Source: a virus
Lineage: Duplodnaviria; Caudoviricetes
Strand: one strand, 5' to 3'
Virus record (IMG/VR): IMGVR_UViG_3300046514_000337
Span: 1,423 to 65,422 of that record
DNA: 64,000 nt
Positions 35,683 through 45,236 of this stretch are shown here, piece by piece. Every line of letters begins with the position of its first letter. The first letter of the stretch is position 1. The notes under the pieces are model-generated. The model was not told the origin of the DNA. It was given only the letters and a program-made list of their open reading frames with translations, and made no database searches. Made by a program: the position numbers and the translations under genes.

Positions 35683-37247
35683 CGGCGGCCGTCAGAAGCG
35701 ACGCGGATGCGCGTGCGGCCGAGGCGCCACGGGAGCGTGCTCCCATTATTTGAGAAACGAAAGGCGATTTGGCGGCCCCGCATGCGGAAATTCACGTTTC
35801 CGACCGCGGGGTTGAACGCATACGGCCCATATGCAGTCGGGGGGTTAACCGTCGGATAATCGGAACCGTAAACCGTAACCTGCCCGCTAGTGCTCGCGCC
35901 AATCTGATCTGCGATGAGCCAATCAACGAACGAGAAATTTTCGCCGTTGGACATGTCCATAAACCCACTCGAAAGCGTCCATGGCAGAGCCAAAGGGAAT
36001 GAGCCGAGGGCTAACTCAAACGGCGCTCCTGTTTCTTGCTTCCAGACCTTACCCGCATCGTCAACACCGATCGGATACCCAAGCGTGGGGACGAAATCCG
36101 TCATAGCATTGCGCCCAACCGAAGGGCTGCTGATTGACGTTCCGTAGCCCCATGTGCCATTCAGCACATTGTACGAAACGTAGGTGTCGCAAGCAGTGCT
36201 GCTGGGATTAGAGGGGAAATCCCACCGGATCTCCTGGTATTTGCTGTTCGTGGATGCCGATACTGCAGTCGCCGCTATCGAGTTTGGCAGCACGGTATCA
36301 ATGCAGAACTGCCTAATTGGGCATACAAGCGGACGAACAACACCGTCGTAAGAGAAAAACTCGCCGTTGGAAGACCACCAAAACGCCTGTCCACCCAGCG
36401 TTGCTGCAGCCAGCGGCCCGATGCTTCCGCAGCCCGTGCCAAGTTGCTGGAACCCGTAAATCAAATTTCCGCCTTCAAACTGCATCGAATAAAGAGCCGA
36501 GTCCGTCAGCGGCAACAACTGTCCCTGCGCCGGTAGGATCGTCATAATCTGCGAACCCTGCGTCAGTCGGAAGCTGCCGGCCGCATTCGTCGCCAGCGGA
36601 ACCCAGGATGTGTAATCGCTGTAGTCAGTCCATGCGATGAGCATAGGGTCCTGAACGCCTGTCCATCCCGCCGCTGCTCCGTCTTTGTTCACACCCCACG
36701 CAATCAACTGCTGCGCTGGGCTCGACACGACGCAGCCGTTACAGTTCAGTGGAGCACCGCTTATTGCGGCTGCCGGGAGGTAGGCATTCGTCGGAGGCCA
36801 CGCATAGATCGTGGTGCCTGGCGTTGTGCCACTGAGCCTGCGCACAGCGACAAGATTTTGGCCGAAGTTATCAATGGCCCACGACGCGACGCCAGCAACA
36901 TAACCAGCGGGAGTGATATCGTGCGCTGTCGTGTAATCGAAAGCATAGAGTTTGCTCGACGTACCTATGGCGAGAAGCGGCGTAATCGTACCCGCTGTTA
37001 TCGCGCCCGGTAGCGGCGACCATGCATGCAATCCACGCGGAGACCCCGCTACGCTCGTAAACTGTCCCCACCCGCCGATTACCTCTGGCAGGCCCTGCGC
37101 ATCGGCGGGAAATCGTATGAGACTCGAACTAGGAGTGAAACCCACGGCACTATCGTATTGCTGACCAAGGAACCATCCGGTCTCCAGCACAAGCGGCGTA
37201 ACCTGACTGAAAAGACCGGGGTGGAATTTGAGGCTTTCGAATGGCAT
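35679..37247 (-). CDS. tail tubular/nozzle protein (P22 gp10 / T7 gp12-like)
   Basis: Beta-propeller-like repeats; DNFGQNLV; RMRGRQIAFR...WRLG..R...DGRR end; synteny. Confidence 0.75.
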   Translation of the reverse strand: MPFESLKFHPGLFSQVTPLVLETGWFLGQQYDSAVGFTPSSSLIRFPADAQGLPEVIGGWGQFTSVAGSPRGLHAWSPLPGAITAGTITPLLAIGTSSKLYAFDYTTAHDITPAGYVAGVASWAIDNFGQNLVAVRRLSGTTPGTTIYAWPPTNAYLPAAAISGAPLNCNGCVVSSPAQQLIAWGVNKDGAAAGWTGVQDPMLIAWTDYSDYTSWVPLATNAAGSFRLTQGSQIMTILPAQGQLLPLTDSALYSMQFEGGNLIYGFQQLGTGCGSIGPLAAATLGGQAFWWSSNGEFFSYDGVVRPLVCPIRQFCIDTVLPNSIAATAVSASTNSKYQEIRWDFPSNPSSTACDTYVSYNVLNGTWGYGTSISSPSVGRNAMTDFVPTLGYPIGVDDAGKVWKQETGAPFELALGSFPLALPWTLSSGFMDMSNGENFSFVDWLIADQIGASTSGQVTVYGSDYPTVNPPTAYGPYAFNPAVGNVNFRMRGRQIAFRFSNNGSTLPWRLGRTRIRVASDGRR

Positions 37248-37249
37248 CG

Positions 37250-37960
37250 TTACTGCCTCGGCGGCGTCGCAGCGCGCGATGGCATCTGGCTCGACCAGCT
37301 AGCCGCCGTGTACGAGCGGCGCGCTTCCTCCATGTCGATGCCTTCCATCAGTTTCGTGAACTGGCTCTCCCAATACGGTGCGGCCTGCGGATCATCGCTG
37401 CTGGCTGTGAGGTAGTCCTTGCGCCATCCGCTCAGATTCACCATGCACGCCGCCACAAAAGCTTCCGGCAGATTGTCGCACAACCAGGTCGTCGTCACGG
37501 TCGCAGAGATCGGAGGAGGACGGTACACGCCGAATACGTCCGTGCCATACGCGCTATCTGGATATGGCCCGATCAGCGCAGTTTGGGTGTCCAGCATTGT
37601 GTAGTCAGACGGCAGTCCCGTGACCGATGGATCGCCCCACACCATATCCAAGTACGGCTTTGACTGCTGCGTCAGCGGCCTCAGCGCCGAACCGACTTTG
37701 ATGTTGATCTGCTCCACCACAACCAGCGCTGTGGTCAGAGCGCTCAGATCCACGATTCTGCTCCCGAGCGTCAGCGCCGGCCCATTTTGTGACGTGCTGA
37801 ACTGGAGGAAATCCACCATCCTACAGATGCGGTTGTTGGCGTAGGATATAGCCAGGGGAAGCGCGATGATGAAGTCGGGATCGGTCGGCACCCCTGCCGA
37901 CTGCAACGACAGCGGCACGAGGTAGTCGGCGAGAGTGGTTACAAGCGTCGGATAATCCAT
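37250..37960 (-). CDS. head-tail adaptor / tail tubular protein A-like
   Basis: MDY..L...L..Y; IGPYPDSAY; TTWL.DN.PE; synteny. Confidence 0.7.
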   Translation of the reverse strand: MDYPTLVTTLADYLVPLSLQSAGVPTDPDFIIALPLAISYANNRICRMVDFLQFSTSQNGPALTLGSRIVDLSALTTALVVVEQINIKVGSALRPLTQQSKPYLDMVWGDPSVTGLPSDYTMLDTQTALIGPYPDSAYGTDVFGVYRPPPISATVTTTWLCDNLPEAFVAACMVNLSGWRKDYLTASSDDPQAAPYWESQFTKLMEGIDMEEARRSYTAASWSSQMPSRAATPPRQ

Positions 37961-37988
37961 TATGATGCCCACAACGGAGGAGACAGAG

Positions 37989-38162
37989 ATGGACGAAGAC
38001 AGGTTTGTGGTTGCCGGGTGCCATGAGTGTGGCGACCGCGCGTATCATGCAGCGGCGGACGTTGAGCGCGGCCTGCGGTGCAGCAACTGTGACGCCCCGC
38101 TGGTAGCGTTGCTCGATGTGACCCTGGACGAGATTGCGCCATACACATGGGCATCTAGTTAG
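37989..38162 (+). CDS. small Zn-ribbon protein, antisense insertion
   Basis: SD GGAGGAG; CHEC...CSNC. Confidence 0.55.
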   Translation: MDEDRFVVAGCHECGDRAYHAAADVERGLRCSNCDAPLVALLDVTLDEIAPYTWASS

Positions 38163-41103
38163 CCGCCATAATTTGCCAATTTACGCCGTCAGACTGGAGC
38201 GTACAGTATTTCCCGGCGGTTGCCGCTAGGATCGCCGTGCCGGCTGCTCCACCCGCCAGAGGCACCACATTAGTAGTCGCGCTCGCAACCGCATGTGCAG
38301 CAATCAACTTCAGGTTCAGGATGCGGCCGAAATACGATGCAGCCGCGAGAAGCGTGAGGGTGAGATCGCCGCTCGGATTGAGAACCAGCGAGAAGTCAGC
38401 CTCCGTCTGAGTGTACGTCGTATTCGTAACCGGCCTATTCGTCGCCGCGATGCCTCCCGCCGAATGCACGCCATGCGCGTCTATGGAAGCCGCTACCCCC
38501 ATGACAACAGAGCCGCGCGCTGCGGTCGAGCCGTTTACCGGCGTGGAGAACGTGACGCCAGGAAAGACTGTGTAGCCAGAGCCAGCAAGAGTAACGGCGA
38601 CGCCGGTTCCGTCCTTCCTCACGCCCCACGCCAGCGGGCTTATGACGAGGCCCGTGCCAGAGCCGCCGGTGGTTGTCGTAGCCCCGACGGGGGGATAAAC
38701 AGAGTAGCTCCCAGGCGTAAGTCCGGTGAATGAGGTAACGCCGCCCGCGCCATCCACGCTGGCCACTCTCAACTGCGCCGCAGTACTATGGGTACCGCCG
38801 ACGAGCGTAGGGATGTCGCCGACCACGTATCCAGTGCCCGGCGTGATGATATGCTGATCGCTCAGCCACTGCATCGCTGTGACCGTTGCGGTGGCGCTTA
38901 CGCCAGCAGAGGCGTCAATCGCGACCGTTGGGTAATCGGGATTAGTGTAGTTCCCAAATACGTTGACCGTGATCGAGGCCACGGTGCCATCAGACGCGCT
39001 GATAGCCCCTATGGATTGGATGCCCGCACTAACCTGCAGCGTCCCGGCAACGCTTGCGTTGTTTTGCTCCATTATGTTGTAGGAAAATAACTCCGGCCCC
39101 CCAGCCCCGATTATCACAACAAAACCAGTCATATCTGCGGGGGTATTATTTGACCAACGCTGCTTGATGCCCTCGGGACCAAGCACAATGCCGGAAAAAG
39201 TCACGTTGGTTGGGTTGCTAAAGTACTCAGCGGTCGTGCTGTTGAAGGCGACATTGATCAGCGTACTGAACATCCGTACGTTGACGATGCCAGGCTGCGA
39301 GGTGTCGAACAACTGTTCCGTGATGGCACATGCCGCGTCGCTGAACTCAAACCGGCTGAACTGAGGCGTGCCATAGCCACTCGTCGGCCCCTTGCGGAAC
39401 GATACCACATGCCGGGCCTGCTCGACGTGACACATCTTCGCCTGCAAACCAGCTGTGACACCGCAAAGTGCCGAAACGATAATAACGAAAACATCCTGTT
39501 GGCAGAAGAAATACGAGTTGCTGTAGTCATGGTCAGCGCCACCGAGCATCCACACGCCGCACCCGTTCGGATGGTGGTTGATTATGGATAGCTGGCCGGG
39601 GTTGCCGCCTTGGAAGGGTTGCGCGTGGTCTTTCGTTGCAGCGTTGGTGATGTACTTCGACGTGACATTCCAGAAGCTGCTGTTGCACGTATCCACAATC
39701 CGGCAATAGGGCGCGTTGAAACCGCCTCGGACTAGACCAATGTCGGTAGCCTCGGAACAGAACGAATAATCAAAGCCTGCATCCGCGAACGTGCCCTCGA
39801 TAATGAGCTGATCGAAGGTGTTCGCCGGCGCAACTATAGTGTTGGAGACGCGGCCATATTGGTAGGACCAGCGCGGGATGAATGTTGCGTCTCCGGTAAT
39901 TGTCAGGTTGATGTTGGCGACAGCGGCCGAGCCAAGTTCGTCAAATACCGGCAATCCCGCCGCCGCCGAATAGATCTTTGCGCGCTGCCCGTCAATGGTG
40001 AGGCGCGACAAGCCCGTAAAGTTCAAGCTATCCAGAACAAGATAGTCACCGCCAAAGGCGAACACCAACTTGCCATAGATCGCATTGCGGCCCGACGCGT
40101 CAGGTACCGATTGCGCGCGCATCGCTGCCGAAGCGGCGTTGATCGCTGGCGCGTTGTCGGTGCCGATGACCACGGTGGGTGCCGTCCACGATACGTTGAA
40201 CGTAACTCCGGTGCCTGGGCCAGTCGCACTTACGGGGTTCGCGGGAACGGCAGAGTAACCGCCCGGCACGGTCACGGCGGCAATTGACCCAGGCTGGCCC
40301 TGGATTTGAACGTTGTTCGCACCCATAACGATAGCAACGGTCGCGCCGACAAGGCCGCTGACGCCGCCGACATCGACAATCGGCTCGGCCGCTAAGTTGG
40401 GCGGATTGGCCTGATAGATGCCGGGAGTTGTCGGGGTAGCAACGACGCTCGCAAGCACGCCGCCCGTGATCGTGCCGGTGAAGCGAAACTGGGTTGCGGC
40501 TGGCGACGTGCCGATGAAGGTATAAACCCCGTCGATGCCTCCGGTGCCGTTAGTATTGCGCGCTACAGTGTTGACCTTCGTCGTCTGCACCGTCACCTGG
40601 GCAGGCACCACAAAAGTCCCACCAAGCAGCGTGTAAACGTCGAGGGGACTGACGCCGGTGCCGGCGGCAGCGATTGTGGGATTGCCGGTCGCCTGGAAAG
40701 CAACGCCTGACAGCGCTGTTGTCGCGGCGCCAGAGAGCGTGATCTGGCTGGCCAAAGCATTTACCGAAACGACGGGAGCAAGAAGCCCCGTGCCCCCCGG
40801 GCCGCCAAGAGGCAGGATCGCGATTTGGCCAGGAACGACGGTGCTTACGTCGGCGCCCGCGATCGTAAGCACCGAACCGCCAGCGTCAATGGACAGCGTG
40901 CCAGAGTACTGCTTGCGATCGCCCTTCGCACCGTAGGTGCTGACGGAAAACTCCGTCGCGCCGCCGAGCATGTCGGCCAACGAGTACCGCAGCACCGGAG
41001 CCGTGGCAGAACCTGATGTGGCGGCCAGGAATTGCTCCAGCCCCGTCATCGGTCGCGAGCCGAGAGGCGTGTTGTTCCATAGGTTCGGGTAGGCGCCGCT
41101 CAT
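38155..41103 (-). CDS. tailspike / receptor-binding protein (beta-helix)
   Basis: VSTYGAKGD...GTDNAPAINAA (split pectate-lyase-3-type motif); repeated GTGY..GD modules; no signal peptide. Confidence 0.8.
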   Translation of the reverse strand: MSGAYPNLWNNTPLGSRPMTGLEQFLAATSGSATAPVLRYSLADMLGGATEFSVSTYGAKGDRKQYSGTLSIDAGGSVLTIAGADVSTVVPGQIAILPLGGPGGTGLLAPVVSVNALASQITLSGAATTALSGVAFQATGNPTIAAAGTGVSPLDVYTLLGGTFVVPAQVTVQTTKVNTVARNTNGTGGIDGVYTFIGTSPAATQFRFTGTITGGVLASVVATPTTPGIYQANPPNLAAEPIVDVGGVSGLVGATVAIVMGANNVQIQGQPGSIAAVTVPGGYSAVPANPVSATGPGTGVTFNVSWTAPTVVIGTDNAPAINAASAAMRAQSVPDASGRNAIYGKLVFAFGGDYLVLDSLNFTGLSRLTIDGQRAKIYSAAAGLPVFDELGSAAVANINLTITGDATFIPRWSYQYGRVSNTIVAPANTFDQLIIEGTFADAGFDYSFCSEATDIGLVRGGFNAPYCRIVDTCNSSFWNVTSKYITNAATKDHAQPFQGGNPGQLSIINHHPNGCGVWMLGGADHDYSNSYFFCQQDVFVIIVSALCGVTAGLQAKMCHVEQARHVVSFRKGPTSGYGTPQFSRFEFSDAACAITEQLFDTSQPGIVNVRMFSTLINVAFNSTTAEYFSNPTNVTFSGIVLGPEGIKQRWSNNTPADMTGFVVIIGAGGPELFSYNIMEQNNASVAGTLQVSAGIQSIGAISASDGTVASITVNVFGNYTNPDYPTVAIDASAGVSATATVTAMQWLSDQHIITPGTGYVVGDIPTLVGGTHSTAAQLRVASVDGAGGVTSFTGLTPGSYSVYPPVGATTTTGGSGTGLVISPLAWGVRKDGTGVAVTLAGSGYTVFPGVTFSTPVNGSTAARGSVVMGVAASIDAHGVHSAGGIAATNRPVTNTTYTQTEADFSLVLNPSGDLTLTLLAAASYFGRILNLKLIAAHAVASATTNVVPLAGGAAGTAILAATAGKYCTLQSDGVNWQIMAAN

Positions 41104-41113
41104 CTGACGTCCT

Positions 41114-41503
41114 TCATGGCGGGATCACGCGCTCAGGTGTGTTCGCACCGATCTGCGGCGCAATCGCATTGATGACTGAGCTATCGTTCCTTCGGATGAT
41201 CGCCCCGTTGTTATCAGTCAGCACGTAAATTTGCATCGGAGGCCCGATGTCCAAATCCGGTCGCGGATTCCAGATCGGCAGCGGATCGGGGGGCGGAACG
41301 TATGTGCGAAGCTGCGCCTGCGGGATATCGAGGCAACCCGGGCACACGAGAATGCGCAGATTCGCCAGTTGGGCGCCGCGCCAGTCGTACTGCCAAGTCA
41401 GCCGACTGTGGTTGTACCACAGGCCGCATCTATCGCAGCATCCAAACGCGCGGGGCCTGCGCGATGATATCTGAACTCGACCTCGGGCTTGGACGAACGC
41501 CAT
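41114..41503 (-). CDS. Cys-rich phage neck/tail protein
   Basis: CDRCG...QYDWRG...ILVCPGCLDIPQAQL...DPLPIWNPRPD. Confidence 0.7.
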   Translation of the reverse strand: MAFVQARGRVQISSRRPRAFGCCDRCGLWYNHSRLTWQYDWRGAQLANLRILVCPGCLDIPQAQLRTYVPPPDPLPIWNPRPDLDIGPPMQIYVLTDNNGAIIRRNDSSVINAIAPQIGANTPERVIPP

Positions 41504-41748
41504 CAGGGTTTAGCCGCTCCCTTCGCGGCTGCCAGTTCGTCCTGCGCCTTCTTCAACTCGGCGGTGAGCTGTTGGATTTTCACCTGCGCGTCCATGAGCG
41601 ACACCTTGGCGCTCAGGCACGCCATTGCCTCCTGGCCGATCACCTGGGCGGCGAACGGCGAGGTCTGCGTATCCTGCGCCGCGCATGGCGCTACTGCCAA
41701 GACCGCCAGACCCACAGCCGCCAACAGTGCGCGCATGATCTTTCCCAT
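41503..41748 (-). CDS. small secreted coiled-coil protein
   Basis: MRALLAAVGLAVLAVAPCAAQ signal; heptads. Confidence 0.65.
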   Translation of the reverse strand: MGKIMRALLAAVGLAVLAVAPCAAQDTQTSPFAAQVIGQEAMACLSAKVSLMDAQVKIQQLTAELKKAQDELAAAKGAAKP

Positions 41749-43133
41749 CAGCAGTGCGTCACGATGCCGCCGACGCTGGCGAAGCTGATGGTCGGGGCAC
41801 CAGAGCACGACACGCCGGCGGTTGCCCCGGAACTAAAGACGCCGGTTGCGGAAATCGCGGCCTTCGTCACGCCGGCCACCTGGTAGAGCAGCGACGTGCT
41901 GCCGGTGTCGTAAAGCAGCGTATTCCGCGCCGCTGGGGATAGCGTTGTGTCGTCGCCGTTGAACTCGATTGCCTGCCCCGCGTCCATATTCAAACCAAAC
42001 ACCGGGGCACTTGAGCCCGTCGGCGCAATCGCACCACGCGCATCGTAGGCACTATAAGTCTGCGTGCTTTTTGCGAACCCGAAAGCGCTTCCGAAATTAG
42101 TATGATCGTCGTGAGTGATGCTGCCAGCGGGATCAGTCGTCGAAAGCCAAACTCCTAGGCCGATCTGGGTCTGAGTAGTGTCTGTGGTAATTTGCCGAAT
42201 GCCCGCCAGATGTATCCCGCTGCGGATACCCGCGCCGCCAATCCAGGAAGGGTTGGTGGCATCGTCGGCCTTGTTGGTGCTCACATCTAATTCCAAGGCG
42301 TTAAGTAATGCGTTCCCGGTCGAAGACGTTACATCAGTCAGATCAAGAGCCGACGAAATACTGCCCTTGATCCACGCATTCGATCCGACGTTGCGGATGC
42401 CTGTAAAAAAACCACCGAGGCAAAACCCCGAGACCGTCGAATTGCTCGTGCATTTCCCGACGATGTTCCACTCATTGCTGCCATCAGTGGCTGCAGCAGT
42501 GGTTTCGACGCCAAGCGCCCGCACGATATTGGCGAGTGTACCGCCGCCAGTGGTAACGCGCAGAATACGGAACGCCGAGTAGTCTGCCGGTTGCGCCGCG
42601 TTCATGTTGAAGATCAGGCCGCCGCCCGTGGGAAGAAACAGCCCCGGCAGGCCGCCGACCGTGGTGAGTGGCCCTAGCGCCTTCCCAATCGCCGTGCCAA
42701 ACCCGGTGATCGTCGTGCCAGCGACCGTCAAATTCCCGGTGCTCGAAAGCGTCGTGAATGCGCCAGCACCCGGCGTTACCCCACCGATCGCTGCGCCATC
42801 AATGGTGCCGCCAGTGAACGCAACCCCTCCGCTCAAAAGGGTGGCGAACGTCCCGGTAGTGGCACCGAGCGTCGTGAACAGCCCCGTGTTTGGTATCACG
42901 TTGCCAATCGGAGGCGGCGTGCTCCATGGAACCGCCCCACCCCCCACCGCCGCCTGGATCTGCGAAATCGTGAATTTGACGGTGTTGCCGCTCTGGCCAC
43001 CAAGCACAAGGTCGTTGGCGCCTGGCGTCGTGCCGGCGGTGCAACTGTAGGGGAGGACGCCAGTGCAGCTTGCCTGGGCAGCCAGCGGGCTGGCGAAGGC
43101 GGCGGCGAGGCCGAGCCAGAAGAGCGGTTTCAT
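41748..43133 (-). CDS. tail-fibre-like protein with Sec signal peptide
   Basis: MKPLFWLGLAAAFASPLAAQA; TPPPIG..PNTG.FTTL and IDGAAIGGVTP.AGAFTTL fibre repeats; ends GVSC...GGIVTHC. Confidence 0.75.
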   Translation of the reverse strand: MKPLFWLGLAAAFASPLAAQASCTGVLPYSCTAGTTPGANDLVLGGQSGNTVKFTISQIQAAVGGGAVPWSTPPPIGNVIPNTGLFTTLGATTGTFATLLSGGVAFTGGTIDGAAIGGVTPGAGAFTTLSSTGNLTVAGTTITGFGTAIGKALGPLTTVGGLPGLFLPTGGGLIFNMNAAQPADYSAFRILRVTTGGGTLANIVRALGVETTAAATDGSNEWNIVGKCTSNSTVSGFCLGGFFTGIRNVGSNAWIKGSISSALDLTDVTSSTGNALLNALELDVSTNKADDATNPSWIGGAGIRSGIHLAGIRQITTDTTQTQIGLGVWLSTTDPAGSITHDDHTNFGSAFGFAKSTQTYSAYDARGAIAPTGSSAPVFGLNMDAGQAIEFNGDDTTLSPAARNTLLYDTGSTSLLYQVAGVTKAAISATGVFSSGATAGVSCSGAPTISFASVGGIVTHC

Positions 43134-43134
43134 G

Positions 43135-43899
43135 TTAGCGATCATAATAACTGGCCAAGCCGGGGGCAATGTAGATGGACACAACCTCCCTTTCCGCGAT
43201 CCGCGCTCGCTGGTAGCTTGCAGCGGCCTTTGCTGTCAGCGCGGCGGACATTTCCGGCGCATAGGTGTAGGAAAGCTCGACCGCCAGCGCGTCTACGTAG
43301 GCCATCAACCAACGAGCGGGTATCGCTACCTGTGTGCCACCTGCCAGCGTTGCATCCTGCGACTTTTTAAACCGCCAGTAGAAAAGAACGTATGGTCCAT
43401 TCCGGTCCGGCACGGGATAGAGATGGATGACAGGCGATATGAGCCGGTCAAACCAATAAGTTGTGGTAGGAGCCTGCAAGAACGGGTTCGGGTATGACGC
43501 AAACTCGCTACGCCCAACCGGAAAGATCACCCGATTGTTTGCGAACTGCGTGCTGCCGTTCGCCATCAGCGCGCCGCTCTCGTCCACCAGCGGAACGCCT
43601 ACATTGTCCGTCAGAAAGCCGGATGCCTGGGTCTGCACATAGGCATCGGCAACCATGATCGTATCCGGCGGGCACTGCACAATCTGCTGCCCCTGAGCCA
43701 GCGGGGCCGTTTGCAGGTCCACATCCCACAGCAGGGGCTGGTCAGTACTCCAATCGCTAAGTATCAGGTTTGCCGCCATATAGGCGTCGGCCAGATGCTC
43801 CTGAAGGACGGCAGTGCGGCGCACCTTCACGCGGCCAAGCGCGTAAACCGCGAGGCCGCCGAGCGCCGGATTGAAGGTGGTGGTGCCGGTGGTAGTGAT
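43135..43899 (-). CDS. head-tail connector-like protein (probable ATC start)
   Basis: The frame extends 23 codons upstream of the tracked GTG to an ATC behind GGAGG; ANLILSDWS...LW, YWFDRLISP..LYPVPD. Confidence 0.7.
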   Translation of the reverse strand: MTTTGTTTFNPALGGLAVYALGRVKVRRTAVLQEHLADAYMAANLILSDWSTDQPLLWDVDLQTAPLAQGQQIVQCPPDTIMVADAYVQTQASGFLTDNVGVPLVDESGALMANGSTQFANNRVIFPVGRSEFASYPNPFLQAPTTTYWFDRLISPVIHLYPVPDRNGPYVLFYWRFKKSQDATLAGGTQVAIPARWLMAYVDALAVELSYTYAPEMSAALTAKAAASYQRARIAEREVVSIYIAPGLASYYDR

Positions 43900-43954
43900 G
43901 GCGCGCCTCCTGCCCGCAGACTAGAGCCGGGCGGCGGGCTCCGCCAGTGTTACC

Positions 43955-44293
43955 TCAGCGGGACGACATCCCCTGGATCGTGCGGAACGTGATGCTGCCG
44001 CCCGACGGGCCGGTGGTGACGTTGATCCGCAGGAACTGGATCGGCTCGGTGATGAGGCCGTTGGCGTTGCCTGTGGCCGCCGTCACCACGTCGGTCCATA
44101 CCGGAGCCGCCACCGTATTCACGTCATCGAAGGTCTGCTGCACGCTGAAGGTGCCCGTAACCGCCGTGCCCAAATTCTCAACGCTCCAGGAAAGCCCGAA
44201 CGGAGTCTGCATCCAATCGCAGTTGTAGGGCGCCTGGGCCCCTGCCGGCGAGCCGGTCCCCACGTTCGCCACGGTTTGCACGCGGAGAGCCAT
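43955..44293 (-). CDS. small beta-rich structural protein
   Basis: FSVQQTFDD...PIQFLRINVT; synteny. Confidence 0.65.
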   Translation of the reverse strand: MALRVQTVANVGTGSPAGAQAPYNCDWMQTPFGLSWSVENLGTAVTGTFSVQQTFDDVNTVAAPVWTDVVTAATGNANGLITEPIQFLRINVTTGPSGGSITFRTIQGMSSR

Positions 44294-45063
44294 CAGGAGC
44301 CTCGCCCGATGTCAGGATACTTCGCATGAACCTTCGCGCGCACGGTCGCCTTCTGCGCCGGAGAGCCGTGCTGCGATACCCGCGCGAGGGCGTTTCTGGC
44401 GTGAGAGGCATCTGGGATCGGATACGAGCCAGACCCAGCCCCCTTCGGTCCCGCGCCCTTGCCTGGCAGCGCGAAATCGCTCTTGGGGAGATGCTGACGC
44501 TCGGAGGCAGTCAGACGCCCCCCGCCAGCCAGCTTGATCGGCTTGTGCTCGCCGCCGTGCTCCGCCGTCTCATGCTGGCGGATCGCGCTACGGATCATCG
44601 AGGCATCGGCTGCCCGGTCGTCGTGTGTTTCACGTGAAACACTCCCGCCGCGCGCCCGGTTATGCACCGCCGGCAGCGCGCCAGGCTCGTCGATCGTCGG
44701 ACGCGCGGGCTGGTCATGCGCAGCGGCGTTGAACCGCTCCTTGATCGAGCCGCCAGCCGCGCGTTGCCGATAGCGATCAATGTTGTGCTGGGCAGCATCG
44801 CCTATGCGGTGCGAGTCCTCGATCAGTCCAGAAACAGCACCGAGCGAATCGCTCGGGCCGACATTTGACGCAGTTGGACCTGGATATGGCTCGCCGCTTG
44901 GCCACGCCTTGCCGCGCGAGTAGATGTCGTCATTGGCCGAACCGCCCGTCGCCCGCTTCTTCGCCGGAGCACGATCCAGCCGCCGCTTTGCGCCCTGGCC
45001 CTCTACCGAGCCGCCAAAGGCACGCCGCAACCGCTTCGCGTAGAGCTTCTCATGCGGCTGCAT
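44293..45063 (-). CDS. basic AxGG-repeat protein with C-terminal DUF6582-like domain
   Basis: ER..LPKSDFALP...YPIPDASHARNALARVSQ. Confidence 0.65.
   Translation of the reverse strand: MQPHEKLYAKRLRRAFGGSVEGQGAKRRLDRAPAKKRATGGSANDDIYSRGKAWPSGEPYPGPTASNVGPSDSLGAVSGLIEDSHRIGDAAQHNIDRYRQRAAGGSIKERFNAAAHDQPARPTIDEPGALPAVHNRARGGSVSRETHDDRAADASMIRSAIRQHETAEHGGEHKPIKLAGGGRLTASERQHLPKSDFALPGKGAGPKGAGSGSYPIPDASHARNALARVSQHGSPAQKATVRAKVHAKYPDIGRGS
44626..44641. promoter_or_regulatory. parS site TGTTTCACGTGAAACA
   Basis: Perfect 16-bp palindrome matching the bacterial parS consensus; lies within a CDS (encodes VSRET). Confidence 0.85.
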
Positions 45064-45236
45064 CTAGGCTCTCGCTCGTCGCGTCACATTGGAGCTGCAC
45101 GCACGCCTCCAATGAGGCTGGGTGCCTAACTATGGCGGCGCTGTCTGGCAACAGGATATAACTGCCATCGTCCGACAGTTCCCCGCGCTCATCTTCCCAG
45201 TGTAGTCGCCGCTCGATAACCACCACGCCACCGACC

